In this document: positions 9,940-19,617 of the stretch, piece by piece
Layout of the letters: the number at the start of each line of letters is the position of its first letter
How positions within the stretch are numbered: position 1 is the stretch's first letter
From: Chloroflexota bacterium
GTDB lineage: Bacteria; Chloroflexota; Dehalococcoidia; Dehalococcoidales; UBA2162
Reading direction: 5' to 3'
NCBI GenBank assembly: GCA_043812795.1
Contig: JBDRLU010000033.1
Coordinates: 27,763-91,762 of the forward strand
DNA: 64,000 bases
Made by a program: the position numbers and the translations under genes
The notes under the pieces: model-generated
Told to the model about the DNA's origin: nothing
What the model saw: only the letters and a program-made list of their open reading frames with translations
The model's database searches: none

Positions 9940-10174
9940 TCAGTTACCTCCTTTCTTCCCAAGGTAGGGAATTCTCTCTCGCGTAGGGTGACCCGTTGTG
10001 ATAGGGCATAGTTAACCTGCGATTAAGTTTTCCTGGACAAAGTCTAACCTTTGTGAAGTTAAATAATCATAAAATTTAGGGGTAAAAAATAACAAATTTA
10101 TGACGGATTAGCTGAATTTGAAATTACCGGGGTTGAAAGCAAAAGAAATCTATCGAAGAGAGACAAATCTCCTC

Positions 10175-10204
10175 TTGCATATCTGAAATACGACGGCATA
10201 TAAT
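10175..10204 (+). promoter_or_regulatory. putative sigma70-type promoter for the HEAT-repeat gene
   Basis: TTGCAT (10175-10180), an 18-nt spacer, then TATAAT (10199-10204). It lies 27 nt upstream of the ATG, which is preceded by AAGGAGG. Confidence 0.4.
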
Positions 10205-10230
10205 TTTATCAGGGAGATAAGGAGGAAACT

Positions 10231-10800
10231 ATGGGTGAAAGGAAGGATGCTACGCCGGCGAGTGAGTCAGAATTGCTAATTCGTTCCCTGCTGGCTAGGT
10301 TAAGCAGTGATGATGGTGAAGTGCGTCAGAAGGTACGTCGTTCTCTGGTAGTGATGGGGGAGGTGGTGATACCGCATTTGATAAGGAGATTGACCAACCG
10401 GAATGTACGGGTAAGGTGGGAAGCGGCTAAAGCATTGGGCGAGATTGCCAGCCCAAAGGCGGCGCCGGCCTTGGTTAAAGCCCTGGACGATAGAGAATTT
10501 GATATCCGCTGGCTGGCAGCCGAGGGACTAATTACCATGGGAGTTGGCGGCCTCGAGCCTTTGTTGCGGTCGCTTATGCGGCACTCACAATCGCTCTGGT
10601 TGAGGCAAGGTGCTCACCATATATTGAACCACATGACGGGCCGGGACTCGGAAATCGAGCATCACATTGTGGCTCATCCTCCCCGTAAAAAGGACTTTCA
10701 AGAAATACTGATGCCCGTGGTGGTGGCGCTCGATGGCCCGGCACCGCTGGTGGAAGTGCCGTTAGCGGCAAGGCGTGCTTTGGATGCCATCAGGAGCTAG
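10231..10800 (+). CDS. HEAT-repeat (PBS-lyase-type) protein
   Basis: Repeated units VRVRWEAAKALGEIASPKAAPALVKALDD / FDIRWLAAEGL are typical of HEAT_2/PBS-lyase repeats. Confidence 0.75.
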   Translation: MGERKDATPASESELLIRSLLARLSSDDGEVRQKVRRSLVVMGEVVIPHLIRRLTNRNVRVRWEAAKALGEIASPKAAPALVKALDDREFDIRWLAAEGLITMGVGGLEPLLRSLMRHSQSLWLRQGAHHILNHMTGRDSEIEHHIVAHPPRKKDFQEILMPVVVALDGPAPLVEVPLAARRALDAIRS

Positions 10801-10804
10801 TCTT

Positions 10805-12103
10805 CTATCGCCCGTATATTCTCAAGTTCCTTAACGGCCTGGGGTCGGCGCCCCAGGTGAAATAGACAACTACCAGAGAAACAGCGTACGTTACGGCGAA
10901 GATAACGAACACCAGCGAATATGACCCCGTAGCATCGAAGATAAACCCAGCCAAGGATGGGCCAGCTGCGGAAAGACTGATTACCACGAAGTGAACGAAG
11001 CCGTAGATTGTGCCGAAGCTGGTCCGCCCGAAAAGGTCCACGATGGCTAGTGGCATCAAGGCGACCAGGCCACCCATGGAAAACCCAAATACGAATACGA
11101 ACAGCCAGACCGTGGCCATGGTCTGCGTTTGCATCAGAATTAATACACCCGCCAGTTGCATGGCGAAGGACAATAGGACGACATAGCGGGTGGACATCCG
11201 GTCGACCAGCCAGCCGAAGACAAGCCGGCCGACTCCACCCATGGCGCCGGTGAAGCCAAGAGCGGAAGCTGCCGCCGTAGCGGCAATACCCATGTCAACG
11301 AAAAAACTGGCCTCATGAGTAATGATGGCTATTTCGCCAATCTGGGCCAGCGTAAAACTAAGGCACAATAACCATAGTGGCAGGCTGGTCAGCCAGGGAG
11401 GCATCCCGCCTCGCTTCGGAGGGCTGGTCGGTTTCGGCGGGGCACTTGAGACTGCCTTTATGGCTGCGGTGTTTAGTTCCGAACGTGTTTCACCATCAGG
11501 CAATAGCCCCATTTCTTCTGGCTTCGTTTTTAATATTAGAGCCAGAGGGATATCGATAGCAAATACGGCTATTCCCATAAAAATATAGGCTATGCGCCAG
11601 CCATACTTTTCGGTGATAAATCCCACCAACGGGACCAGGATAGCCGCACCTAGGGCCAGACCGGCCATGGCAATGCCCAGGGCGGTACCTCTCCTCCGGG
11701 TAAACCAGTTGGCGATAAGTACACCCACAGCCACCAGCCCGCCGATACCGAGACCAAAACCAACGAAGAAGTACATGGAGTACAGGTACCAGGTAGTGGT
11801 CGTGCGGCTAAGCAGGAACCACGAAATTCCGGTTATCGTGGCGCCGATAATCACAGTCATCTTTGCTCCGTAGCGTTCCAGCATTTTGCCGACCAGTAAG
11901 CCACTGGCTGCAGCAACAATGATATATATTGACTGGGCTACGGAAGCACTGCCTCGACTCCACCCGAATTCGGCAATGAGTGGCTTAAGCAAGATGCCAA
12001 AAGAGTAGAAACCCGTTCCGCCCGCGATAAAAGTAATACCGAGGCTGGCCAGTGTTATCCACCAGCCGTAAAAAATCCGGGGGCGTTTAGCCGTCTGTTG
12101 CAT
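10805..12103 (-). CDS. MFS transporter, oxalate/formate antiporter (OFA)-like
   Basis: 432 aa with 12 predicted TM segments. The N-terminus FYGWWITLASLGITFIAGGTGFYSFGILLKP is typical of OFA/MCT-like MFS. It is a paralog of the gene at 43534-44835. Confidence 0.8.
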   Translation of the reverse strand: MQQTAKRPRIFYGWWITLASLGITFIAGGTGFYSFGILLKPLIAEFGWSRGSASVAQSIYIIVAAASGLLVGKMLERYGAKMTVIIGATITGISWFLLSRTTTTWYLYSMYFFVGFGLGIGGLVAVGVLIANWFTRRRGTALGIAMAGLALGAAILVPLVGFITEKYGWRIAYIFMGIAVFAIDIPLALILKTKPEEMGLLPDGETRSELNTAAIKAVSSAPPKPTSPPKRGGMPPWLTSLPLWLLCLSFTLAQIGEIAIITHEASFFVDMGIAATAAASALGFTGAMGGVGRLVFGWLVDRMSTRYVVLLSFAMQLAGVLILMQTQTMATVWLFVFVFGFSMGGLVALMPLAIVDLFGRTSFGTIYGFVHFVVISLSAAGPSLAGFIFDATGSYSLVFVIFAVTYAVSLVVVYFTWGADPRPLRNLRIYGR

Positions 12104-12312
12104 TTTCCTTTTCTGTTCTTATCGTCTCAAACCGTTTGACAAGTGATTATGGTCTGGCGCAAACTTCTTGCATTCTACTACTTTAGCAACATCCGGTCAA
12201 TGAATATGTAAACTTGGTGCTGGCCGATGCCCTGCCCGGTAGTATTGCCGTCTTGACACAACTGGTTGGCGACTTTACACTGAATTTATAGCCCCCGGTG
12301 AGGTTTAAACAG

Positions 12313-12738
12313 ATGATATGTCCGAAATGTAAGAACGATATGATAGTGGTTGAGCACGAAGAGATTGAGCTTGATTATTGCCCCAATTGTCGGGGAGTAT
12401 GGTTCGATGCGGGAGAGCTTGAGCTTTTACTGGAGTCCATGAATATGGAAAGACCGCACCAGTTCGTGAGCGATATGCTCGATAGTGCCGAACACGGGAC
12501 TCCGGAAAAGCCGCGGAAGTGTCCTATTTGCTCGCAGCAGATGAAGAAAACTATGGTAGGTGAGGGGCCAAAGATTCTCATCGATATCTGCCGCAGGGGA
12601 GATGGACTGTGGTTTGATGGCGGGGAAGTGTCTCAACTGGCCAGGCAAATACCAGAACCCCCACCTGGACCGCATTCGCATGGCCAGATTAGTGATTTTC
12701 TGGCAGAAGTATTCAAAGAACAAGGACCAAACGGTTAG
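12313..12738 (+). CDS. double zinc-ribbon protein (zf-TFIIB-type, CPxC...CxxCxGxWFDxGE)
   Basis: There are two copies of the pattern: CPKC...CPNCRGVWFDAGELELL and CPIC...C..GDGLWFDGGEVSQL. ATG 12313 follows GGTGAGG. Confidence 0.65.
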   Translation: MICPKCKNDMIVVEHEEIELDYCPNCRGVWFDAGELELLLESMNMERPHQFVSDMLDSAEHGTPEKPRKCPICSQQMKKTMVGEGPKILIDICRRGDGLWFDGGEVSQLARQIPEPPPGPHSHGQISDFLAEVFKEQGPNG

Positions 12739-12765
12739 CAGAGATATGAATACGGAGGTGAATCG

Positions 12766-13344
12766 ATGGCAGCACTCTGGGTAATTATCGGTATTATCGT
12801 TATTTTAGGGCTTGTGTTCTGGGCGACTTATAACAGTCTGATCAGGTTGCGTAATCAGACCAAGAATGCCTGGGCGCAGATTGACGTCCAGTTGAAAAGA
12901 CGGCATGACCTCATTCCGAACCTGGTGGAAACAGTGCGGGGTTACATGAAATTCGAGCGTGAAACATTGGAGGCGGTCACTAAAGCTCGTAATGTTGCCG
13001 TGCAGGCTTCCTCGGCCGGGGCTGGTGCCGCCGAGCGCGGTAAAGCCGAAGGCGAACTTGGTGGTGCCCTCGCCCGTTTGATGGTCGTTGTAGAGCAGTA
13101 CCCCGACCTTAAAGCCAACCAGAACTTCCTGGCACTGCAAGAGGAACTTACCTCGACGGAGAACCGGATAAGCTTTGCCCGCCAGTACTACAATGACTCC
13201 ATTCTGAGGTACAACAACCAGACGCAGATGTTCCCCTCGAATATGGTTGCTAATATGGCTGGTTTCAAATCGGGCGAATTCTTTGAGGTTACGGCAGAGG
13301 CAGAGCGAGCAGCGCCCAAAGTCAATCTCACCAAAATGGAATAG
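12766..13344 (+). CDS. lemA: LemA family protein
   Basis: It has an N-terminal TM helix, then YNSLIRLRNQTKNAWAQIDVQLKRRHDLIPNLVETV, the canonical LemA core. Confidence 0.85.
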   Translation: MAALWVIIGIIVILGLVFWATYNSLIRLRNQTKNAWAQIDVQLKRRHDLIPNLVETVRGYMKFERETLEAVTKARNVAVQASSAGAGAAERGKAEGELGGALARLMVVVEQYPDLKANQNFLALQEELTSTENRISFARQYYNDSILRYNNQTQMFPSNMVANMAGFKSGEFFEVTAEAERAAPKVNLTKME

Positions 13345-13353
13345 CTTTAACTT

Positions 13354-14586
13354 ATGTGGGAGCAAATCAGGTCGAATCAAGTAAAGTCGGTGGTGCTGGT
13401 AGCCCTGATGGGTGTGTTATTGCTGGTCCTCGGCTACTTTCTGGGCGTATTGTTTCTTGATAGCGGGACAGGCGGACTGGTTATTGCCCTGGTAGTGTGG
13501 GGCATAATGAACCTGGTAGCTTTCTTTCAGGGGGACAGCATACTGCTGGCCATGTCTGGAGCCAAGAAAATCAAGCCCGCCGATCACCCTCGTCTCTATC
13601 ATGTGGTCGAGGAAATGAAAATTGCTTCCGGCCTAGAGAAGATGCCCGATATTTATATTATCGATGACCCGGCGTTGAATGCCTTCGCTACGGGACGGAA
13701 CCCGAACCGGGCTACGGTGGCGATTACCTCCGGCCTCCTGCAAAAGCTGAACCGTGATGAGCTCCAGGGGGTCATGGCCCATGAAATCTCTCATATTAAG
13801 AACCGGGACGTCCTGCTCATGGTATTGCTCAGTGTTCTTCTCGGCAGCATCGTCATTCTGGCATGGTACGCTTCGCGGTTCATGTTTTTTGGCGGTTTCG
13901 GTGGCGGCCGCAGGCGCAGCTCATCATCCGGCGGTGGGGGTGGGGCAGCACAGTTAATTATTATCGTCGTTGCTATTGTCCTGATGATACTGGCGCCGAT
14001 TATAGCTCAGCTTATCTATTTTGCCGTTTCCCGAAAGAGAGAATATCTGGCCGATGCCTCGGCAGCCCTGTACACCCGCTATCCGGAAGGGCTGGCTTCA
14101 GCCCTGGAAAAGCTGGCCACCTCGGAGGTTGGCGTTAAGGCGGCTAATCAGGCTACCGCACCGATGTATATTATTAATCCTTTCCAGAAAAAAGGTATGT
14201 CGGTCAATAGTTTAACGGCGACTCACCCACCCATTGCCGAACGAGTCCGTATTTTGCGTTCGATGGCCGGCGCCTCGCTGGCTGATTACGAGCAGGCTTA
14301 CCGGAAGGCCAAGGGTGGCGCCGGTGTCTTGCCGGCTTCGGCTCTTACGGGTGCCGGAGCTGTTTCGCTGCGGGCGGCGGCAGCGGGGACGACGCCAGTC
14401 GAGGAACACGAGCAAAAGGTTGAGCGAACGCGGGAAACCTCAGATTTAATGTGGCGGCTCAATAACTATAAGACTATCCCCTGTGAGTGTGGCACCACGC
14501 TGAGAGTACCGCCGCACTTCAAGTCACCTACGGTAAAATGCCCGCACTGCGGCCGCGTTCACCAGGTCTTAAAAACCCGAGGGTGA
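13354..14586 (+). CDS. M48-family Zn metallopeptidase (HtpX-like) with Gly/Ser-rich insert and C-terminal zinc ribbon
   Basis: It has the HEISHIKNRD (HExxH) motif, several TM helices and a later E..AD. The C-terminus carries CECG...CPHCG. Confidence 0.8.
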   Translation: MWEQIRSNQVKSVVLVALMGVLLLVLGYFLGVLFLDSGTGGLVIALVVWGIMNLVAFFQGDSILLAMSGAKKIKPADHPRLYHVVEEMKIASGLEKMPDIYIIDDPALNAFATGRNPNRATVAITSGLLQKLNRDELQGVMAHEISHIKNRDVLLMVLLSVLLGSIVILAWYASRFMFFGGFGGGRRRSSSSGGGGGAAQLIIIVVAIVLMILAPIIAQLIYFAVSRKREYLADASAALYTRYPEGLASALEKLATSEVGVKAANQATAPMYIINPFQKKGMSVNSLTATHPPIAERVRILRSMAGASLADYEQAYRKAKGGAGVLPASALTGAGAVSLRAAAAGTTPVEEHEQKVERTRETSDLMWRLNNYKTIPCECGTTLRVPPHFKSPTVKCPHCGRVHQVLKTRG

Positions 14587-14630
14587 CATTTCATTAGCGC
14601 TACAACCATAGGAGCACGGCGATGACTATC

Positions 14631-15452
14631 TTATGTTTGCTCCTCGAAGGGCTTATTTTTGGCTTTGGCCCACTCCACATCCGTCTTGATTCCTTCGGCG
14701 ATGTTGCGGAGCTTACCTATAATCCAGAAGTTGCCGGAAGCTCTCATTGCCGCCGTCTGTCCCATGATATCAGCGGCCTGATTGATTGACATTTTAGAGA
14801 GCATCAAGGCGAAAGGTTCATTAAGAGCTACCCGTCGGGCTAACTTCATTGTCTCCTCTTCGAGACGTTCCCGGGGTACGGCTCGATTTACCATGCCCAG
14901 ACGACAGGCTTCCCGGCCATCGATGAAATCACCGGTCCACAGGTGTTCCTTCGCTTTCCTCGGCCCGAGGTCCCAGAAGTAGGTGGGATATTCGTCATGG
15001 GCGCCTCCCCACCGCACCAGCCTGTCGGTAAATTGGGCGTCTTCCGCAGCGATGATGATGTCACAGGCCGAGGCCAGCATCCAGCTTCCCATGATGCAGT
15101 AGCCCTGCACCATGGCGATGGTCGGCTTGGGAATGTTACGCCACCGGTCGTGCATATACCAGAAAACTCCGCGGTCCATATCTTTCAGGGTACCCAGCGG
15201 TGTCTGGTCGCGCGGGTTCTCTTTCTCCTCTGCCTGCATCTCTTTAGTACCGAGGTCGTGACCGGCACCGAAGTTATCGCCGGCTCCCGCCACGACAATT
15301 ACTCTTACTTCACTGTCCTTTTCCGCCTCGGTAAAAGCATCATCCAATTCGCGGTAGACCTCTCGGCTGATGACGTTCATCACCCCGGGTCGGTTGACCG
15401 TGATTTTACCAATGTTATCAAGCTTTTCGTACAAGATGTATTTGTAGTCCAT
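14631..15452 (-). CDS. enoyl-CoA hydratase/isomerase (crotonase) family protein
   Basis: 273 aa with the crotonase pattern ITVNRPGVMNV...VVAGAGDNFGAGHDL... Confidence 0.85.
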   Translation of the reverse strand: MDYKYILYEKLDNIGKITVNRPGVMNVISREVYRELDDAFTEAEKDSEVRVIVVAGAGDNFGAGHDLGTKEMQAEEKENPRDQTPLGTLKDMDRGVFWYMHDRWRNIPKPTIAMVQGYCIMGSWMLASACDIIIAAEDAQFTDRLVRWGGAHDEYPTYFWDLGPRKAKEHLWTGDFIDGREACRLGMVNRAVPRERLEEETMKLARRVALNEPFALMLSKMSINQAADIMGQTAAMRASGNFWIIGKLRNIAEGIKTDVEWAKAKNKPFEEQT

Positions 15453-15500
15453 TATTGCCCCCTTTGTTTTAATTTCTTTCCCATCGAAATGTTAGTAGTT

Positions 15501-15968
15501 TCAAGTAATCTGTCCCCGCTGACCTGTCGTCTTTTGCTCTACCGGTATCGTCGTCCCTGTGGCTCGGGCGATAAGCTTGCCGTCCTGGTTGGTGACGGTC
15601 ATTTCAGAGATACCGGCCCGCCGGCCGCTTTTGACCACACGGCATTCGGCGGTCAGTTCGTCATTGATGGCAGCACCATTGATAAAATGAATGTTGAACT
15701 GGGCGGCCAAGCTGGGATAAGCTAGCGAGTTGGAGGCGTAGGCAAAGGCCTGGTCGGTAAGGGCCATGATGATACCGCCGAAGATTAAGCCATTGAAGTT
15801 CTGGTATTCGGGTAATAGTTTCATGGTCACTTTAGCATAGCCGGGGCTAAGCTCGACCAGCTTTATTTTCAGGAAAGAGGCGACTGGTTCTTTCCGTTCG
15901 CCGGCTTTTAGTATGGCGATGTTATCGGTGGCCTGTGTTTTTGATTGGTCAGGCATAAATTCCTCCAT
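15501..15968 (-). CDS. PaaI-type hotdog-fold acyl-CoA thioesterase
   Basis: 155 aa. NFNGLIFGGIIMALTDQA matches the PaaI/YbdB-type thioesterase signature. Confidence 0.8.
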   Translation of the reverse strand: MEEFMPDQSKTQATDNIAILKAGERKEPVASFLKIKLVELSPGYAKVTMKLLPEYQNFNGLIFGGIIMALTDQAFAYASNSLAYPSLAAQFNIHFINGAAINDELTAECRVVKSGRRAGISEMTVTNQDGKLIARATGTTIPVEQKTTGQRGQIT

Positions 15969-16004
15969 TAGTAAGCCGTCAGCTAATAGCTTTCAGCTTT
16001 ATTC

Positions 16005-16080
16005 ACCCATCCCCTCCTTTTGTTAAGAGGAGAGGGTTCACCCTGAAGGTTCTCCCTGAAGGGATAAAGGGTGAGGAGTC
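16005..16080. repeat. REP-like palindromic element, family 2 (CCTCACCCTTwATCCCT type)
   Basis: This intergenic block contains nested inverted repeats. Its minus strand, CTCCTCACCCTTTATCCCTTCAGGGAGA..., matches CCTCACCCTTAATCCCTCTCC at 53621-53641. Confidence 0.5.
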
Positions 16081-16087
16081 AATTTCT

Positions 16088-17272
16088 TTATCCAAGCTTA
16101 AATTTCTGGGCGGCCTGACGGAAACCATCGAGTGAGCCTTCGAGGGTGCGGTCATTGACGCAGTAAGCGATGCGGAAATAGCCGGGCGAGCCGAAGCTGC
16201 AGCCGGGCACGGTGAGCACACGGTACTCCTGTAATGCCCTGACGAAAGCAATATCGTCCTCACCGGGCGCCCTGGGGAACATATAAAAAGTCCCACGGGG
16301 TTTCATCATGGCATAACCCATCCGGCTCAACTGGTCGTATAATAAATCTCTTTTCTTCTGGTAATCGGCGATAGAGACGGTCGCCGCCGGTAAATGACGC
16401 ACTACCTGCTGCATCAAAGCCGGAGCATTGACGAAGCCCAGTATCCGGTTGCAGTAGATAAAACCATTGACCAGTTCATTGTGGTCCGTACATTCGGGAT
16501 GGATGGCAATATAGCCGATGCGTTCGCCGGGCAGGGCCAAATCTTTAGAGTGAGAGTTGACGACGATACTGTTGCGGGAATGGTGCCAGATATGCGGGCA
16601 TTTCACGCCGTCATAGACAATCTTGCGGTATGGCTCGTCACTGATTAAAAAGACCGGTGCCCCGTTTTTAGATTTTCTGTCGAGTAGTTCCCCGAGTCGA
16701 TGGATAAAGTCCTCGCTATAGACGGCCCCGGAGGGATTGTTGGGGGAATTAATGAGGACGGCTCTCGTGCGGCTGCCGATGGCCTTGCTAAGAACGTCGA
16801 GCCGGGGGATAAAATTTTCATCGGTCGGCAGCACCTTGGCGGCGCCGCCGTGGTTATCGATATAGTTCAAATACTCGGCAAAATAAGGAGCGAAGACGAT
16901 AACTCTGTCACCGGCGTTGAGGATGGTCTTGAGTACCACGTTCAGGGCGCCGGCGGCGCCGCAGGTCATGACGATATCGTTCATGGTGAAATTGACGCCG
17001 GTCTCGTCGGCTAACCGGGATGCGACGGCGGCCCTGGTCTCAGGATAGCCGGCATTCTCCATGTAACGGTGCATGCCCGGTACGGGGTTATCGGCCAGTC
17101 TTTTCAGTTCGCTGACAAATTCCGGCGGTGGTTCCATTATCGGGTTGCCCAGAGAGAGGTCGAAGACATTTTCGGCGCCGTAGCGCTGCTTGAGCTGAGT
17201 CCCTTCATCGAACATCTTCCTTATCCAGGACCCCGCCGCCATACTTTTCTGGACTTTCGCCGAGATGGGCAC
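16088..17272 (-). CDS. class I/II pyridoxal-phosphate aminotransferase (aspartate/aromatic type)
   Basis: 394 aa with NSPNNPSGAVY and the SHSKDLALPGERIGY lysine motif. Confidence 0.85.
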   Translation of the reverse strand: MPISAKVQKSMAAGSWIRKMFDEGTQLKQRYGAENVFDLSLGNPIMEPPPEFVSELKRLADNPVPGMHRYMENAGYPETRAAVASRLADETGVNFTMNDIVMTCGAAGALNVVLKTILNAGDRVIVFAPYFAEYLNYIDNHGGAAKVLPTDENFIPRLDVLSKAIGSRTRAVLINSPNNPSGAVYSEDFIHRLGELLDRKSKNGAPVFLISDEPYRKIVYDGVKCPHIWHHSRNSIVVNSHSKDLALPGERIGYIAIHPECTDHNELVNGFIYCNRILGFVNAPALMQQVVRHLPAATVSIADYQKKRDLLYDQLSRMGYAMMKPRGTFYMFPRAPGEDDIAFVRALQEYRVLTVPGCSFGSPGYFRIAYCVNDRTLEGSLDGFRQAAQKFKLG

Positions 17273-17282
17273 GTTGCCTCCG

Positions 17283-17750
17283 TCAGGCTACCGGTTTCTT
17301 TTTGGCCGCTTTCCCTCTCGTTTTCTGGGCTTCAATCTCGAAGGTGGTCACTTTGAGGGCTTGCTTGGGGCAGACCTCGACGCATTTGGGCTGGGCGCGT
17401 CCCTGGCACAAATCGCAGAGCACGACCGTTTTTTCCGAGCGTTTGAGGGAGATAGCTCCGAAGTCACAGGCTTCGATGCACCAGCCGCAGCCGATGCAGC
17501 GTATCTTGTCAACGCGAATGCTGTTGGTAGTCTCGTCCATCGTGAGCGCCTCACGCGGGCAGGCACTGATGCAGGGTGTTTTTTCACAGAAACGACAGGC
17601 GATGCTGACGGCGGACTGGCCATCGGTTACCAGGTGAATCCGAGACAACTCGGGGCAGAAGACACCTTCTTTTTCCGATGAGCAGACCATCTCGCAGATG
17701 CCGCAGCCGGTGCATAATTCCGTATCACAGATTATATACTTGCGTTCCAT
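17283..17750 (-). CDS. 4Fe-4S dicluster ferredoxin-domain protein (AOR-associated electron-transfer subunit)
   Basis: 155 aa with four CxxCxxC(xxx)C-type clusters (CTGCGICEMVC, CRFCEKTPCISAC, CIGCGWCIEAC, CDLCQGRAQPKCVEVC). It overlaps the stop of the AOR gene. Confidence 0.8.
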   Translation of the reverse strand: MERKYIICDTELCTGCGICEMVCSSEKEGVFCPELSRIHLVTDGQSAVSIACRFCEKTPCISACPREALTMDETTNSIRVDKIRCIGCGWCIEACDFGAISLKRSEKTVVLCDLCQGRAQPKCVEVCPKQALKVTTFEIEAQKTRGKAAKKKPVA

Positions 17751-19575
17751 ACTGTAGTCCTTTTACCGGCGCGATGGAGTCCTGCAACTCCAGCGAGCGC
17801 AGTTTACTCTCCGGAATTAAACCTTCAGCCGTCCAGCCCCGGGCCTCATAATAGCCATCAATCATCAGGCGGAGGCCTTTCTCGGTGACGGTAGTGCCTT
17901 TGCCTTCCGGCCCGGTCAGCGGGTCTTTAAACACGCGGGGCGGCAGCCAGTCGTCGCGGCATTGCCAGCCTTCGCGGATGTTGAAGGCTTTCTTCATATT
18001 ATTGATGCGTTCGCCGGCCAATTTCAATTCGGCGGCTGTCAGTTCCAGACCGGTAGCCTGAGAATAAAGATAAGCCGTCTCGGCATACATATCCTTGAAG
18101 CACCGCCGCATGAATTTGCAGATGACCAGCGAGTCGAGGACGGCGGCAAAATCTTCCGGCCCGGTAACCATAGCCCCGCGGCCCGGTTCATCCTGGAAAC
18201 GGTTGACCTGGCCGGAGGTATCTACTTCATAGGCCGGGGAGCGGTTGTGACAGGCGCCTCTCAGACCAGTCGCCAGCCCGATAGCCAGTGTTTTCATGGC
18301 CCGCGGGTCATAGCCGGGAATTTCAAGACCTTTGGAATGCATCGCCCAGTAGTCGGAACCGTGTCCCAGTTTGGTGGAAGCCAGTCTGGTACCCTCGGCC
18401 AGCAAATTGCCGAGGCTCTGACGCTGGCTGATTTTCTCAATCATGGCGATGAGAGCGTTGTGGTTGCCGAAGGTAAGCTCGATACCGTCGGTATCTTTTT
18501 CCGTCAACAGGCCTTTCTCAAAGCATTCCATGCCCCAGGCGATACTGCTGCCGGTGCTGATAGTATCCAGACCAGCATGGTCGCACAGTTCGGCGGCTTT
18601 CAAAATGCCGGGGACGTAATCGATACCGCAAAGAGGCCCGAGGGCGTAGAGAGACTCATAGTCCAATTCCCATTGGGCTCCCTGGTCAGGCCCGTCGGTG
18701 ACGGCGTAGATGTGGCCGCACGCTACCGGACAGTTAGCGCAGGACATCTGTTTGATAAGGTGGCGTTGGGCAAGGATTTCGCCGCTGACATTTTCGGCTT
18801 TATCGAAGGCCGACTGCTGGAAATTCCGCGTCGGCAAGGCTGACATGGTATTAAGCATTAAAACATTACCCGGCGTCCCCAGCCCGCGGTATTTTTCGGT
18901 GTCCCGCCCCTGGGCTTTTTTGATTAACTCGAGGCTGATTCTTTCCACCTCGGCAAGATTGTGCACCTTGATGGGACGGGTACCCCGTAAGGCGATGGCT
19001 TTTAATTTCTTGGCACCCATGACGGCACCGGTACCGGTACGGCCCGCCTGCCGGTAAATATCATTGCTGATGCAGGCATAGCGTACCAGGTTCTCTCCGC
19101 CCGGGCCGATAGAGGCGACGGTTACTCTCGGGTCACCGATTTCGTCTTTAATAAGGCTTTCTGTCTCCGGGCTGCCCTTGCCCCAGAGGCGGTCGGCTTT
19201 CTTGAAGTGGACGATTTCATTATCGATAAAAAGATAGGTCGGCGATGTGGCGGCACCGGTGATGACCAGAGCATCGAAGCCCGTCCGCTTCAGTGCCTGC
19301 GACCAGAAACTGGAGGAGATAGAATCGCCGATGAGTCCGGTAAGCGGTGACTTGGTGGCCACGGCATGCTTGTTCGCCGTCGGTATAATCGTGCCGGCCA
19401 GGGCGCTGCTGGCAAAAACCAGCGGGTTATCGGGAGAAAAGGGTTCGGTACCGGCAGGTAAGTACTGGTAGAGCAGGCGCGCCGCCAGCCCCACTCCGCC
19501 GATGTAGCCTTTCAAAAAGGACGGGCTGAGCTCTTCTCCCCTGACTTCTTTTGTCGTCAGGTTGATGATGAGCAT
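17725..19575 (-). CDS. aor: aldehyde:ferredoxin oxidoreductase (tungsten/pterin AOR family)
   Basis: The N-terminus is MLIINLTTKEVRGEEL.... AOR motifs include GLG..G, the CANCPVACGH cluster ligands and DxxGLC-like regions. The start is either ATG 19575 or the longer TTG at 19608. Confidence 0.9.
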   Translation of the reverse strand: MLIINLTTKEVRGEELSPSFLKGYIGGVGLAARLLYQYLPAGTEPFSPDNPLVFASSALAGTIIPTANKHAVATKSPLTGLIGDSISSSFWSQALKRTGFDALVITGAATSPTYLFIDNEIVHFKKADRLWGKGSPETESLIKDEIGDPRVTVASIGPGGENLVRYACISNDIYRQAGRTGTGAVMGAKKLKAIALRGTRPIKVHNLAEVERISLELIKKAQGRDTEKYRGLGTPGNVLMLNTMSALPTRNFQQSAFDKAENVSGEILAQRHLIKQMSCANCPVACGHIYAVTDGPDQGAQWELDYESLYALGPLCGIDYVPGILKAAELCDHAGLDTISTGSSIAWGMECFEKGLLTEKDTDGIELTFGNHNALIAMIEKISQRQSLGNLLAEGTRLASTKLGHGSDYWAMHSKGLEIPGYDPRAMKTLAIGLATGLRGACHNRSPAYEVDTSGQVNRFQDEPGRGAMVTGPEDFAAVLDSLVICKFMRRCFKDMYAETAYLYSQATGLELTAAELKLAGERINNMKKAFNIREGWQCRDDWLPPRVFKDPLTGPEGKGTTVTEKGLRLMIDGYYEARGWTAEGLIPESKLRSLELQDSIAPVKGLQYGTQVYNL

Positions 19576-19617
19576 CCGGCCGCTATATAGTTCCAAACTT
19601 AACCTCAAAGCTGCGAA

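Noticed and set aside
9762-9962. The 66-aa track ORF in the usp/HEAT intergenic region.
   Set aside because: Its TTG start overlaps the SD that better serves the alternative 47-codon frame (9796-9939). No motif was recognised, so it is kept only as an alternative to that candidate.
14943-15725. Long ORFs antisense to well-supported genes. Examples are 14943-15725(+), 17962-18843(+), 49517-50158(+), 54905-55474(+), 57734-58405(+), 59562-60239(+), 12805-13380(-) and 42014-42529(+).
   Set aside because: Each lies wholly inside a gene with clear family motifs on the other strand. Their translations are low-complexity and Arg/Gly/Ala-rich with no recognisable motifs or SD sequences. This is the usual shadow-ORF effect in GC-rich coding DNA.
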